Positions 1-11,459 of a DNA stretch of 49,208 nt are shown one piece after another. The translations under genes and the position numbers were made by a program. The notes beneath the pieces were generated by a model, which did not search any database, was not told the DNA's origin, and saw only the letters and a list, made by a program, of their open reading frames with translations. The stretch is from Mayamaea pseudoterrestris (lineage: Eukaryota): assembly GCA_027923505.1 (NCBI GenBank), contig BROI01000021.1:620001-669208 (forward strand). The letters run 5' to 3'. How positions within the stretch are numbered: the stretch's first letter is position 1; each line of letters begins with the position of its first letter.

Positions 1-1516
1 GACTTGTAAAGTATTCGAGCTTTCAGAAGGTAAACATCGACTGCATCGGGTGTATGTTCTATACATTTATTTAGCAAGATCACAGCATCGACATATTCTG
101 CCACCAATTCATGCAGTCCAGCTCGAAGATACCAAGCCCACAAGATTGTGGTCTGTGGCTCTTCGTCGGCGTCCGACTCTGCGAACTTAGATGAAGCAGC
201 GAGCGAAGAAATGAAACCATCAACAACGTCAGTGTACACCTTATACAATGAGTGCAAACGTAAATCGACCGGATCGTTTGGCCGTAGTAAAGAATCATCC
301 CTCTCGATCCATAAAAATGAATGTAGCTCATGACACAGCGAGGGAACACCTTGAGATAGGTGTTTTCTACAAAGCTGGTCAACCGCAAATCGAAATGCTT
401 CGCCGTCAAGAAAAGTAATGGGAATTTGCTTCGCGGCATACGAATCGGGATATCTCACTTGTAGGTCCAACTCGTAAGCTTCTCGTAATACCTTTTTCTG
501 GTTGCCTGTCAATGGGACCATTGACGCCAGCGTTTGAGACCCCCGCAAACCAAGCACTTTATCGCACAAGTCTGCGTCAACATCTAGAAGGATACACATG
601 TACATAGAGTGGATGCGATAGTCTTCGGTCATTCCGCGATCAAACATGGCCATGACAGCTTCCCTTCCGCGCGCAAAGTCCCGCAACTTTATTGAATACT
701 CTGCTTTAGAAAACAGCCAAGCCCCTCGATCGACAACAGTTTCCTCACAAACATCAAGATGATGTAGTGCCTCATCGTAGTTGTTCGGCATCTCTGCCAA
801 TATACGGTTCTTATACATGGCAAGCTCGCTCGACTCTATACAACGACCAAGTTCTTCGGATCCCTCGTTCAGTGTTCGTAGATACGTGTCAATCACTTCA
901 ATTGCTCCTGTCAATTCTCCCGTCTGGTGTTTGGCTAGAGCCAATGCCATCCAATGAATTTTTAAGCTCGGCCGAAGCTGTAGAATCGTCGCTCGCGTTT
1001 CTTCAAAGCCAATCAGGTCGCGCATCTGGATCTGAAGCATAGAAAGGTCTCTTAAGATATTAAGGTTACTATTGTCAATGCGAAGTGCTCGTTTGTAGGC
1101 TTTTATTGCTTCATTATAGTTGCGCTCATTTCGATGCAAGAGACCGAAGACGTGCCAACACATGTGGGAACTGTAGAGGGTTCGAGGCAATGCCATTCAA
1201 ATATGAGACTACAATACTTCAAAAAGCGCGATCCATAACCATGACATATGACTTACTTCATGTCATTCATCAGACCTTCTTTAACGCATGCTTGTGCTTC
1301 GCCTCCTTTGCCCGTGCTGCTCAAAGTCAAACCCTTCATTGCAAGTGTCTCTCCATGTTTTGGAAACTTTTTTAGTATCGCGTCAGCCTGTTTTAGTGCC
1401 TTCTTATATTGTTTCGTATCAAAGTGCTTTTGTAGAGTTCGAAACATGTCTTGCTCTTTCTTTGGTAGTGGGCGCCCAGCACCAGCCTGTGGATTGTTGT
1501 CGAGTACGGGAGCCAT
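1..1516 (-). CDS. NAA15: N-terminal acetyltransferase A auxiliary subunit (NAA15/NAT1); 5' part only, runs off the window start. Exons 1516-1257 and 1170-<1
   Basis: Exon 1 reads LPKKEQDMFR..QYKKALKQADAILKKFPKHGETLAMKGL. A GTAAGT..CTACAG intron (1256-1171) joins it to NSHMCWHVFGLLHRNERNYNEAIKAYKRAL. The same frame reads EHTPDAVDVYLLKARIL at the window edge. All are NatA TPR-subunit motifs. Confidence 0.95.
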
Positions 1517-1839
1517 GGTCTACAATGGACGGCGACCGGACAGCAAACGTCGCGGCAGTCGTATCAACGATCGTATTCAAAACAATGCAATCTATTCGCT
1601 TGGTCCCGCTAAAGTTACGACGAAAGACTGTTGCGTTGCGAGAAGGGTAGGTTACTGCACCCTGCCGTTGTCGATCCACATTTTCGCGTAGGATGGAAAA
1701 GAAAGGCGGCTTGGACGGTCGCGACATCGCAGCAAGGCGCGGTCCCGCACGTCGGAGGCCAGACGAGTACCGTTCAGACGCTAAATATATCTGACAACGA
1801 ATGAACCGCTCGCACAAAGTGATTGTAGATCAATACACT

Positions 1840-2103
1840 ATGTCGACCGCCCAAACGCGAGCGAAGGCTCTATCTTTATACAGACAGCTACTCAGAGGAG
1901 CTCAAAAGATGCCAACTCCCAATCGACGTAATTTCGTTCTCAAGAAAACGCGGACAGAGTTCAAGGCCAATTTAAACTTGACATCACCCGACGACATCGC
2001 GTTCTGCATTCGACTTGCGGACACGAATCTTGATACAGTTTTAATACAGGCCGAGCACCTGTCACGACTAATGAAAGATATAAACTATCATGCAGATATA
2101 TAG
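1840..2103 (+). CDS. Mitochondrial LYR-motif protein (LYRM4/ISD11-like)
   Basis: ALSLYRQLLRGAQKMPTPNRRNFVLKKTRTEFKAN is an LYR/complex-1 family motif. Start taken at ATG 1840; an in-frame ATG also exists at 1801. Confidence 0.85.
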   Translation: MSTAQTRAKALSLYRQLLRGAQKMPTPNRRNFVLKKTRTEFKANLNLTSPDDIAFCIRLADTNLDTVLIQAEHLSRLMKDINYHADI

Positions 2104-2138
2104 ACTTGACAGGGTTATAAAGCGCTCGTCGTGACACT

Positions 2139-3689
2139 TTATAAAACGAACGGCATAGATATTGCCTTGTCTTGGTACTCGTCCAAACCTTCACCTGCAT
2201 AACTTATCGCCGGCGAAATTTCGCTAATAGCGGCTTCGTCTCCAATCAAATTTGCTCCTGCTTTGCGTAACCAGTCTTTGGCGACGTTTGAGATCATTGC
2301 ACGCGCCGTGTCAGGACTATCCGACAAAGCACCAGCTGCGTTTTTGACAGGTGCAAACTCCTCGTTCCGTTCAACCTCCCACACAATCATTCTCTTTGAT
2401 AATGGGAATACATCAAAGATGAATGTTTCTAGCTTAACTCCGTTGATATCTGACGGCGTAACAGTCTCCCTTCCATTCCAAAACGGTATCTTCTTTCGAG
2501 CAATGTGGTATAGAGCACCCATGTTCGGCAGTATCACATCCTGAACAAAGTCGAGCGTGTAAAAGTGGTTGCAGATGTTTCCCGCACCGTAAATCAGCTT
2601 GCCCGTGTCGTCCATTTGAGAAGCCACCTCGTCGGTCATTTCCGAATACTCTACAATGCGCGACTTGCCATTGTGTAATGCAACGACACCAACCTTTTCG
2701 TATGGATCTGCCTTCCATACCACCTTGTTTCCGCAATCAGCCTGTTGCTGAATGCAGTAACCAACAAAGACTGGATCAGCAGGTTTCACTAAAGCGTTAT
2801 CGATGCTGAAAACATGCAAGAACTCTATCCCACGCGCTCGCATGTTAGCGACCGCACCGGAGGATTGCAGAGAAGTGTAGAGGCCACCGTTGCCATCTGG
2901 AGCCATGCTAACACGTGAGGCAGTTTCCATAATGATCTTTCCCTCCTCCGTTAAGCATGGAAGCATGCCTTGCTGGAAGAGAAAGACATTATCGACGCCA
3001 AGTTCAAAAAAGTTGTTTGCCGTGAAATAATCGAGAGTCATTTGATGGTTCGCTGGGGACGTCATGATGTACAACGGCAACGTCAAAGCATTGCACAAAC
3101 TAGTAACTTTTCGGATACGTTCGGCGATGAGCTGGAAGAGTGTTCGGCCGGAGGGCAGCCCAATGTCATACATTCCTTTTGGACCATCAAACCCAAGTCG
3201 CGTACCCTGAATTCAAAGAGTAGGTAAGAGATGATCCGCGAGTGATGATAAGATCTATCAGTCTGTGTCTTACTTGTCCGCCAGCCAGGACCTTAGTATA
3301 GGAAAAATGTGTGTTAAGTGTGAGCTTGTATCTTCGCAAATAATCTTTAACGACGTTCGTATCATACATTACATACATACCAGGGCTGCAACCTTGTGGT
3401 TTCTGATTGCTTCCATTCCAGTCAAACGAGACGTCAGCCTCGTTTCTTCATCCGTCGCCCTTCCAATCGGTCCATAAAAGGGTTCAAAACTATCGGACTG
3501 TTTCGCCGACAACTCCTGGGTTGCCGCCGCATTAAGAATTACGGCAAGCTTTTCCACATTAATTTCATTTAGCTGCTTTAAAAGTTTCAATTTGTCTTCC
3601 TCTTTTATTGTGTCGACGTACTTGAGAACTTGGTCTTGTTTGGCCCTTTGATAGCGCTCGCGCACGGTTGCAAGGTCCGCCATGGTCAT
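2139..3689 (-). CDS. UAP1: UDP-N-acetylglucosamine pyrophosphorylase. Exons 3689-3381, 3291-3274 (18 nt) and 3206-2139
   Basis: Spliced product reads KVAAL|VLAGGQ|GTRLGFDGPKGMYDIGLPSG. It also contains PDGNGG, DNAL, VEYSE, GNICNH, KLETFIFDVF and EFAPVKNA. Both introns are GT-AG. Confidence 0.95.
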
Positions 3690-4186
3690 TGTCACCAAAA
3701 AATTTATCGCGAATAGTTTCGGTCTTCGTGTCCTACCGTGACAAGTGTACTGTTTGGACGATACTACGTTTTGACATTGCAGCAGTTTCGTGATGTGACG
3801 CACTTTTCCGATGACGTATGAGGCGCAGTTGAATTTGTCGCATGAGCATTCCGCCGCTTCCAGACGCTTGCACCGCCGCGCCACCTTGCTGTCGCGAGTC
3901 TACCTAGCAGTTGCTTGCCCAATAGGAGCAGGATAGGCTACACCAGCCTCTCGACCAAAGTTTCGTGCTAGCTAACTATTTTGTTTTCCATACGGTGCAT
4001 ACGAACCTTCAGCGAAGCGTTCATGAGCGTTACAGTTTCATGCCAACAACTTACGCGAGAATTTTAAGGGCATCATTCGAAGCAACGAACCTCGAGTCAC
4101 TCACACTTGGCATGCGAGAGAGTCTTGTCGTGCTGCATACGTCTATCGATCGTGTGAGCTTGATGAAAGAAGGTCGCATTAAGAAT

Positions 4187-6989
4187 ATGGAAGCAGGAGA
4201 GCAAAGTAAAAGGGGTGTTAAACGGCCCAATAGCATTGCGTCCATTATCAACGAACAACCCGTAGTCGCCGACGATACCGACATTGACAAAAGTGGAGTA
4301 ATAGAAGACGGCAGTTTGACTCAGCAAGCGCAATCCACTCATTCATCGAGTACCAACACAATTTCGGATGATGCGCAAAGCGCTAGTGCGGCACGAGACG
4401 AACTGGAGGATAGGTCTCTCGGTGGGTCGCCGGGCCATCACCTCGCTACAACAACGTGTGATGGAAGTAATGCCATGAGCCAGGATGAGCTGGACGAATA
4501 TTCGTCTCATATGCCACTGCATCGGTCGGGTTCAGAGCATGAAGCGTTGGAACTAGAGGCAGCGCTTCGCTTTCATCATAATAGACGCGTGCTGTTATCA
4601 CGATTAGATGACACTGTTACCACTGGAAGACTGTGCATGGTACGGAATATCGATTACTCTGATCATAGAGGATTTGTTAAAAGGCAATTGAAACACTCAC
4701 GTCTCCGTTTTCGCTCAGATCAATCTTGCTCGCCGCAACCTTTCTCCGGCCGAAGCACCTTTAATCGCCACCGCGATACAGGCCAATCCACAGCTGACGG
4801 AACTTAAACTATGCTACAATTTATTGGGAGACGCAGGTGCACACATAATAGCTACAGCTTTGCGAAACAATGCTGGACAGCCTCATGGGACCTTGTTAAC
4901 ACTGGACCTTGGTTTTAATGAAATTGGAGACGTTGGCTGCGACGCAATTGCCGTTGCTGGTGTCACTGGCAACTATATAATGCGGTCATTGTACTTGACT
5001 GGGAACAAAATAAAAAAGAATGGCGCATTATCGCTAGCGCGCGCAATTTTGCATGGAACTGGCCTTACGTCGCTATATCTATCGGCGAATACCATTGGTT
5101 CGACAGGCATGACCGCGATTGCCCTTGCAGTCGCGAGGAACGATGAACGGTTAGCTAGTCCGGAAGCGTACGCCATTTCCACTGAAGCCCCTTCCAGACG
5201 AATGGAAAATCTGCATCTCAGCGCTACCTTGGCAAATCAAGATGGGTTTGAAGCAATAGCTGGTTTAGTGCTATCAACTGCATCGCTGAAAGCACTTTGC
5301 CTTTCTGGCAACAACATTGACGATCATGACATGGTTCTTTTGTCGCATGCGCTGGCACAGAACAAGTCCATTCCGCTTGAATCAATCCGTTTGGGTTACA
5401 ACCATATTACCTGTCAAGGAGTCGAGTGCTTCATGAACGCCATATGGGGGTCTTCAACATTACGAGAAGTTATGCTGAATCACAACAAGCTGCAAGATCG
5501 TGGTGCACAGTTGTGCGCGGTGGTACTTACGTCAATATCTCTCCGAATCCTGGATTTATCGTTCAACCGAGTGACTACTGTCGGTATAAAGGCGATTATG
5601 AAGAACTTATCTGAGAACGCCACACTTCACTCGCTCAGCCTCTGTGGCATTCCAATTGATTTAAACGCGTCAAAAGCGGTTTCTTATGCGCTGGCGTATA
5701 ACAGCTCATTGCGAGAACTGTATCTTGACAATTGTTCGACCGGATATTCATCTCAGCGGCACATAGTGGCTGGTGTCGTCTCTAATAGACGTTCTTCGCT
5801 ATCAGTTTTGACCGGCTTTGCGGTTGGCCGTAAGTACTGGTGGCTTTTCGTCATTTGGGTTGATAAAAATGTCTCACGTGTAATTTTCTTGCTTTGGAAG
5901 CCGTTGCGATGACGCTTGGTATGCCACAACTGCCTAGTGGGTGGACGAACGCTCAAGTTTTGAGATTTTTTCAAACCATGTGGAAACAATGGCTGCTCAA
6001 ATCTGGACGAGGGGCTGCACTCACCGACGAACAAGTGGTCCGGGGACCAGCGCCGCCGGCTGCTGTTGCGGCCGCGGCAAAAATAGCTCTCGCCGCGATA
6101 GGATCGTCGGATGCCAACTTCCCGAGGGTTGAACGCGATAAGTTAATGACTGAACGGCCTCCGATAGATGCTGCGCGATCATCGCTAATGGAACGGACAA
6201 GTTCTGGGTCGTTAGCTGTGCCAGAGTTTGCCGATGATTTGAATGGAAATATTGATGAGTGGCTAGACCGTAAATGGCAGAAAGACCTTTATGCTGAGTC
6301 GCCTTTTCCGTCAGCTAATACGAGCAACCCTTTGGAGAACACTGAAAGACGGGAACGAAATTTACAATGGCTCCGAAATCAGTTCCGTTCTCTCAATGAA
6401 GTAGGTCGACTTCCTTTTAATAATGCAGACCTTTGGCAGCTTCACCAATACTATTTTTCTCCGCCGTTTGCTGCCAATCTTGAGAGCGTCAATGGTTCGA
6501 ACTGCTCAAATACTATTGCGAACGATCCATCGCCACGCAATATACATCCTAAGGAGGGCGATCATTACATGGGCAGGTCGGTCTCCTTTCAGACGCTAAA
6601 AAATGCATTCGCCGGCTCGAGCCTCACCCCGAATGTGCATAAGCGACCGCAAGGCGATGCGGATGTTGATAACTGCCCCGCTCCGAAAAAAGCAAAGAGT
6701 CTGAGTAAGCCTCGAATAGGCTACTATCCTCGAATAATGGTACGGGCGTGTCTTTTTTGGCGTGATGTCTGTGAGCCACCTTTCTCACCTGCAATTCCTT
6801 GCCATTCAGGCTAAAATACAATCGCTTGGCACTAAGCCTATGGAACAATCGCTTTCCTTACTAAGACAGCTCCGATATATGGAGAATATTATCTTTATTG
6901 GCAAGGATCCTTACGCCGAGCTTGAGGACTCGAATTCTGAAGAACAGACCCACGCTGATGTTGAAATGATCTTGCTTGATTTGCTATGA
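4187..6989 (+). CDS. RNI-like leucine-rich repeat protein. Introns about 4640-4718, 5830-5900 and 6740-6809; start uncertain
   Basis: Many LxLxxNxIxxxG repeats (LDLGFNEIGDVG, LYLTGNKIKKNG, LCLSGNNIDD, LDLSFNRVTTVG). Four ORF segments join in frame through GT-AG introns. Confidence 0.85.
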
Positions 6990-7085
6990 TACTGACAGCC
7001 ACTTGACGGATTATTAAATGACAAAAATATGTTATTACTAACTTCCAACGTTTGCAGGCACGAAGCTGGATGTCGTCGGGTAGTA

Positions 7086-7307
7086 AAAAGGGTGCATGAA
7101 TCTACTGGTAGGCAGCCATTGCGTAACTCTTGCCCAACCTGTCACGCCATCTATTGAGCCGGATGCCTTACAATACTTATCTAGAACAGTACTCGCAGGC
7201 ATACGTCCTACAATCCCAAGTGTTGTTCCATGATCTCGTCCTATGGACCTACTAAGCGACGAGCCGAGGCTAACTGGGAACCAGGCACACAGCTCACGAA
7301 GCTCCAT
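7086..7307 (-). ncRNA. Candidate structured non-coding RNA, family unassigned
   Basis: Several stems with G-U pairs on the minus strand, a T5 run at the 3' end and a TATA-like TTTATAG about 30 nt upstream. No recognisable family motif. Confidence 0.3.
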
Positions 7308-7460
7308 GTAGTCTTGATGATGCGTAACTAAGCTATAAAGTTTGCTACAAAGTACAAACGTATCTTTAAATGCTAAAAAGATTTCTTAGTAGTAAATGGA
7401 CGTAGCCAGATGAATTGATCAAACGATTGTACAGCGACAAATATGTATATGTTTGCAAAG

Positions 7461-10400
7461 TTACAGGCCCGATAGGTAACCGGCTGCGGCGACTGCCTTT
7501 GGCTTGGAGCCGAAGGGAGAGTAAGATTTTGGTGCCGTCTTGGACGAAGCATGGGAGCTTGTTGCTTGCGCGGCGGAATATGTGCTCTCATTTCCGATCG
7601 AGCTGCTGTTGGAAGCGGGGGTGCGTTTTGTTGGCGCCGAGACAGAGACACTGGATTTCATCGCTTCAGCAGTTTTTAATGCAGAGAGATACGATGATCC
7701 AGTTAAAGCAGCTTTTGGTTTGCCTCCCATGAATGGCGCATAACTGGCGCGCTTCAAATTAGATCCCGCGCCCAAATTTGACATGAAACTTGATCCAGGG
7801 ATGGTGGACACTAGCTTGGCGGGTGACGCAGTGAATGAAGTATCACTTGATGGCAAAGGAGAGGCATTCTTTAAGGCTGACAGGTATGAAGATCCATTGT
7901 CCACAGCCTTGGGCTTGACACCTTGGAACGGAGCATAGCTTGCCTTCTTGCCAGCACTTGCGCTTCCACCGAGGCTTGCCATGTAGTTGGCAGGGGCTGC
8001 AGAAGATGCGGCGGAGCCTTCAACCGGAGCAGGACTTGAGGCAGAGGATGGAGCAGCTCCAGTCAAATTTGACAAGTATCCAGTCTGCTGGGCGGCCTTG
8101 GGCTTGACACCTTGGAACGGAGCATAGCTTGCCTTCTTGCCAGCACTTGCGCTTCCGCCGAGGCTTGCCATGTAGTTGGCAGGGGCTGCAGAAGATGCGG
8201 CGGAGCCTTCAACTGGAGCATGACTTGAGGCGGAGGAAGATGGAGCAGCTCCAGCCAAATTGGACAAGTATCCAGTCTGCTGGGCGGCCTTAGGCTTGAC
8301 ACCTTGGAACGGAGCATAGCTTGCCTTCTTGCCAGCACTTGCGCTTCCACCGAGGCTTGCCATGTAGTTGGCAGGGGCTGCGGAGCCTTCAACCGGAGCA
8401 GGACTTGAGGCAGAGGATGGAGCAGCTCCAGTCAAATTTGACAAGTATCCAGTCTGCTGGGCGGCCTTGGGCTTGACACCTTGGAACGGAGCATAGCTTG
8501 CCTTCTTGCCAGCACTTGCGCTTCCGCCAAGGCTTGCCATGTAGTTGGCAGGGGCTGCAGAAGATGCGGCGGAGCCTTCAACCGGAGCAGGACTTGAGGC
8601 AGAGGAAGAGGATGGAGCAGCTCCAGTCAAATTTGACAAGTATCCAGTCTGCTGGGCGGCCTTGGGCTTGACACCTTGGAACGGAGCATAGCTTGCCTTC
8701 TTGCCAGCACTTGTGCTTCCACCAAGGCTTGCCATGTAGTTGACAGGGGCTGCAGGAGATGCGGAGCCTTCAACCGGAGAAGGACTTGAGGCAGAGGAGG
8801 AGGAGGAGGATGGAGCAGTTCCAGTCAAATTTGACAAGTATCCAGTCTGCTGGGCGGCCTTGGGCTTGACACCCTGGAACGGAGCATAGCTTGCCTTCTT
8901 GCCAGCACTTGCGCTTCCACCAAGGCTTGCCATGTAGTTGGCAGGGGCTGCAGAAGATGCGGCGGAGCCTTCAACCGGAGCAGGACTTGAGGCAGAGGAA
9001 GAGGATGGAGCAGCTCCAGTCAAATTTGACAAGTATCCAGTCTGCTGGGCGGCCTTGGGCTTGACACCTTGGAACGGAGCATAGCTTGCCTTCTTGCCAG
9101 CACTAATGCTTCCACCAAGGCTTGCCATGTAGTTGGCAGGGGCTGCAGAAGATGCGGCAGAGCCTTCAACTGGAGCAGGACTTGAGGCAGAGGAAGAGGA
9201 TGGAGCAGCTCCAGTCAAATTTGACAAGTATCCAGTCTGCTGGGCGGCCTTGGGCTTGACACCTTGGAACGGAGCATAGCTTGCCTTCTTGCCAGCACTT
9301 GCGCTTCCACCAAGGCTTGCCATGTAGTTGGCAGGGGCTGCAGGAGATGCGGAGCCTTCAACCGGAGAAGGACTTGAGGCAGAGGAAGAGGATGGAGCAG
9401 CTCCAGTCAAATTTGACAAGTATCCAGTCTGCTGGGCGGCCTTGGGCTTGACACCTTGGAACGGAGCATAGCTTGCCTTCTTGCCAGCACTTGCGCTTCC
9501 ACCAAGGCTTGCCATGTAGTTGGCAGGGGCTGCAGGAGATGCGGAGCCTTCAACCGGAGAAGGACTTGAGGCAGAAGAGGAGGAGGAAGAGGATGGAGCA
9601 GCTCCAGTCAAATTTGACAAGTATCCAGTCTGCTGGGCGGCCTTGGGCTTGACACCTTGGAACGGAGCATAGCTTGCCTTCTTGCCAGCACTTGCGCTTC
9701 CGCCGAGGCTTGCCATGTAGTTGGCAGGGGCTGCAGAAGATGCGGCGGAGCCTTCAACTGGAGCATGACTTGAGGCGGAGGAAGATGGAGCAGCTCCAGC
9801 CAAATTGGACAAGTATCCAGTCTGCTGGGCAGCCTTGGGCTTGACACCTTGGAACGGAGCATAGCTTGCCTTCTTGCCGGCACTTGTATTTCCACCGAGA
9901 CTTGCCATGTAGTTGGCAGGGGCAGCTGAGGACGCCGACAAAGTTTCAGTTGACGGAGCTGGACTTGATGCGATGGGTGAAGCAGAACTCAAGCTAGCAA
10001 AATATCCGGACTCTTGTACGACCTTTGGCTTGGGGTTGAACCCAGAATAACTTGGCTTCTTCATGACACTCGAGCCTCCAAGTGACGACATGTAATTAGC
10101 TGGCGCAGATGATGTCGAGGCGGAGGTTTTTTGGACTGGACTGGATTCCTTGGCCGCTGGTTTACTTGTAACTCCGTTTAAATGCGCAAAGTACCCACTA
10201 GTTTCGACTGCTTTAGGCTTTGAGTTAAAGCCTGAATAGCTTGGTTTCTTCATAGCCGAGTTGCCTCCTAGTGATTTGAGGTATTCCGCTGGGGCAGCTG
10301 TCAATGCTGCTGCCGCGTGTGAAGTCGTCGAAGCAGCCGGAGCAACCGGAGTGTAGGAAGGCGCTGCTGGTGTAGCCTTGTTCAAGGCGGACAAGTAGGA

Positions 10401-10905
10401 TGGTCCATCCTCAACTACCTTGGGCTTGCCCTTGAAGGGTGCGAAGCGAGCCGGCTTGGTGTATCCTGACGAAGCTCCGAGTGCAGCCCTTCGTTAAAAC
10501 GAACGTGAATTATTATTGTGTAAGATGTTATTTCTGTGTGTGTCATTGATGCAAGTATTGCCATTCGGTCCGCCAAACTTACATATAGTCGGCCGATGAT
10601 GGATTCGATGCCTTGGATTCTGCCGACTCAAAAACTGTTGGCGCCGAAGGTGCGTATGTGATTCCTGGTTGCTGTTGATCTCCAAGCACTGGCTGCGTCT
10701 TTAGTACTCCATTGTCGAGATTGCTCAGGTAGTTCCCGAGTCCAGCATCGACAGCTTGTGGCTTGGACCCTCCTGACGGTGCGTACGATGCTGGGCGAGG
10801 AGCCGACTGAGCGCCGCTGAGAGAGCTGAGGTAGGAGCTGAATCCAGCCGAAGCTCGTCCAGCTTCGAAGGCGAGAAAGATAAGGGCGCCGTGAGAGATC
10901 TTCAT
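7461..10905 (-). CDS. ~1116-aa Ser/Ala/Pro/Gly/Lys-rich repeat protein with signal peptide and probable plastid transit peptide; candidate pyrenoid linker/scaffold. Exons 10905-10583 and 10488-7461
   Basis: N-terminus MKISHGALIFLAFEAGRASAG-FSSYLSSL. A GTAAGT..AAG intron (10582-10489) joins exon 1 in frame to the 977-aa ORF. There are 11 near-identical and 6 degenerate repeat units. Confidence 0.9.
7903..9920 (-). repeat. Coding tandem repeat: 11 copies of a ~180-200-bp unit encoding PANYMASLGGSASAGKKASYAPFQGVKPKAAQQTGYLSNL plus a Ser/Ala/Pro spacer
   Basis: The + strand motif GGAACGGAGCATAGCTTGCCTTCTTGCC recurs 11 times. Unit-length differences are multiples of 3, mostly in Ser runs. Confidence 0.97.
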
Positions 10906-11459
10906 GGTCCTCTTGTATGTTGCTGTAGATAAAAATCCGTCGCGAGGTGATGGAACGAAACGAAAATGTGTGATGCCGATTTCGACGCTTGATGTGCGGT
11001 GTCTTCCGCCCACCGCGCTTTCATTGGCGGCAGGCCAAACGCACGTCACTCTTGTTCACGTTCGTCAATCACCGTCATGCAAGTCATTTCTGGTGCACGT
11101 CAGAGATACTTCTATACCGATCTGGAGTAAGCCATCACGGGCTGTACAGTGCTATGATCGCCAATTCAATAGCCTCCTCACGAGACGAAGGGCCAAAATT
11201 GGGATCGCGGAGGGAGCAAACCCTTGGTCTATATCATGAAAACTCGGAGATGACTCGGATGCGTGGCCATAGATGAGGTACGTACTTCGATGTCACCAAC
11301 AGCCCACAGAGCTGGCCAATGGCCACCTCGAGCGAGGCTGACGCATGCGTCATCGAGGAGCCTCCCACCAGCCTCCCCCCACAGACACACAAATCGAAAA
11401 CGAGCCATCAACCAATTCGTCTCATTAACCAATCCACCCGATTTACCAACAACTACAAC
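10906..11459. promoter_or_regulatory. Shared bidirectional promoter with CRE/CCRE-like bZIP sites
   Basis: ACGTCA at 11043 and 11097, CGTCA at 11063 and 11073, a perfect palindrome TGACGCATGCGTCA at 11339-11352, and several CCAAT boxes. The region lies between two divergent start codons. Confidence 0.55.

Noticed and set aside
7038..7307. 89-aa minus-strand ORF
   Set aside because: No recognisable motif or composition. The region is better explained as structured or non-coding sequence, though a small gene cannot be excluded.
8063..9895. Alternative-frame ORFs (8063-8392, 9608-9895) in the repeat
   Set aside because: They are shadows of the main repeat frame, start at non-ATG codons and are interrupted by stops in most units.
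7903..9920. Regular repeat array considered as CRISPR-like or satellite DNA
   Set aside because: There are no unique spacers. All units lie in one open frame with indels in multiples of 3, so it is a coding repeat in a eukaryotic gene.
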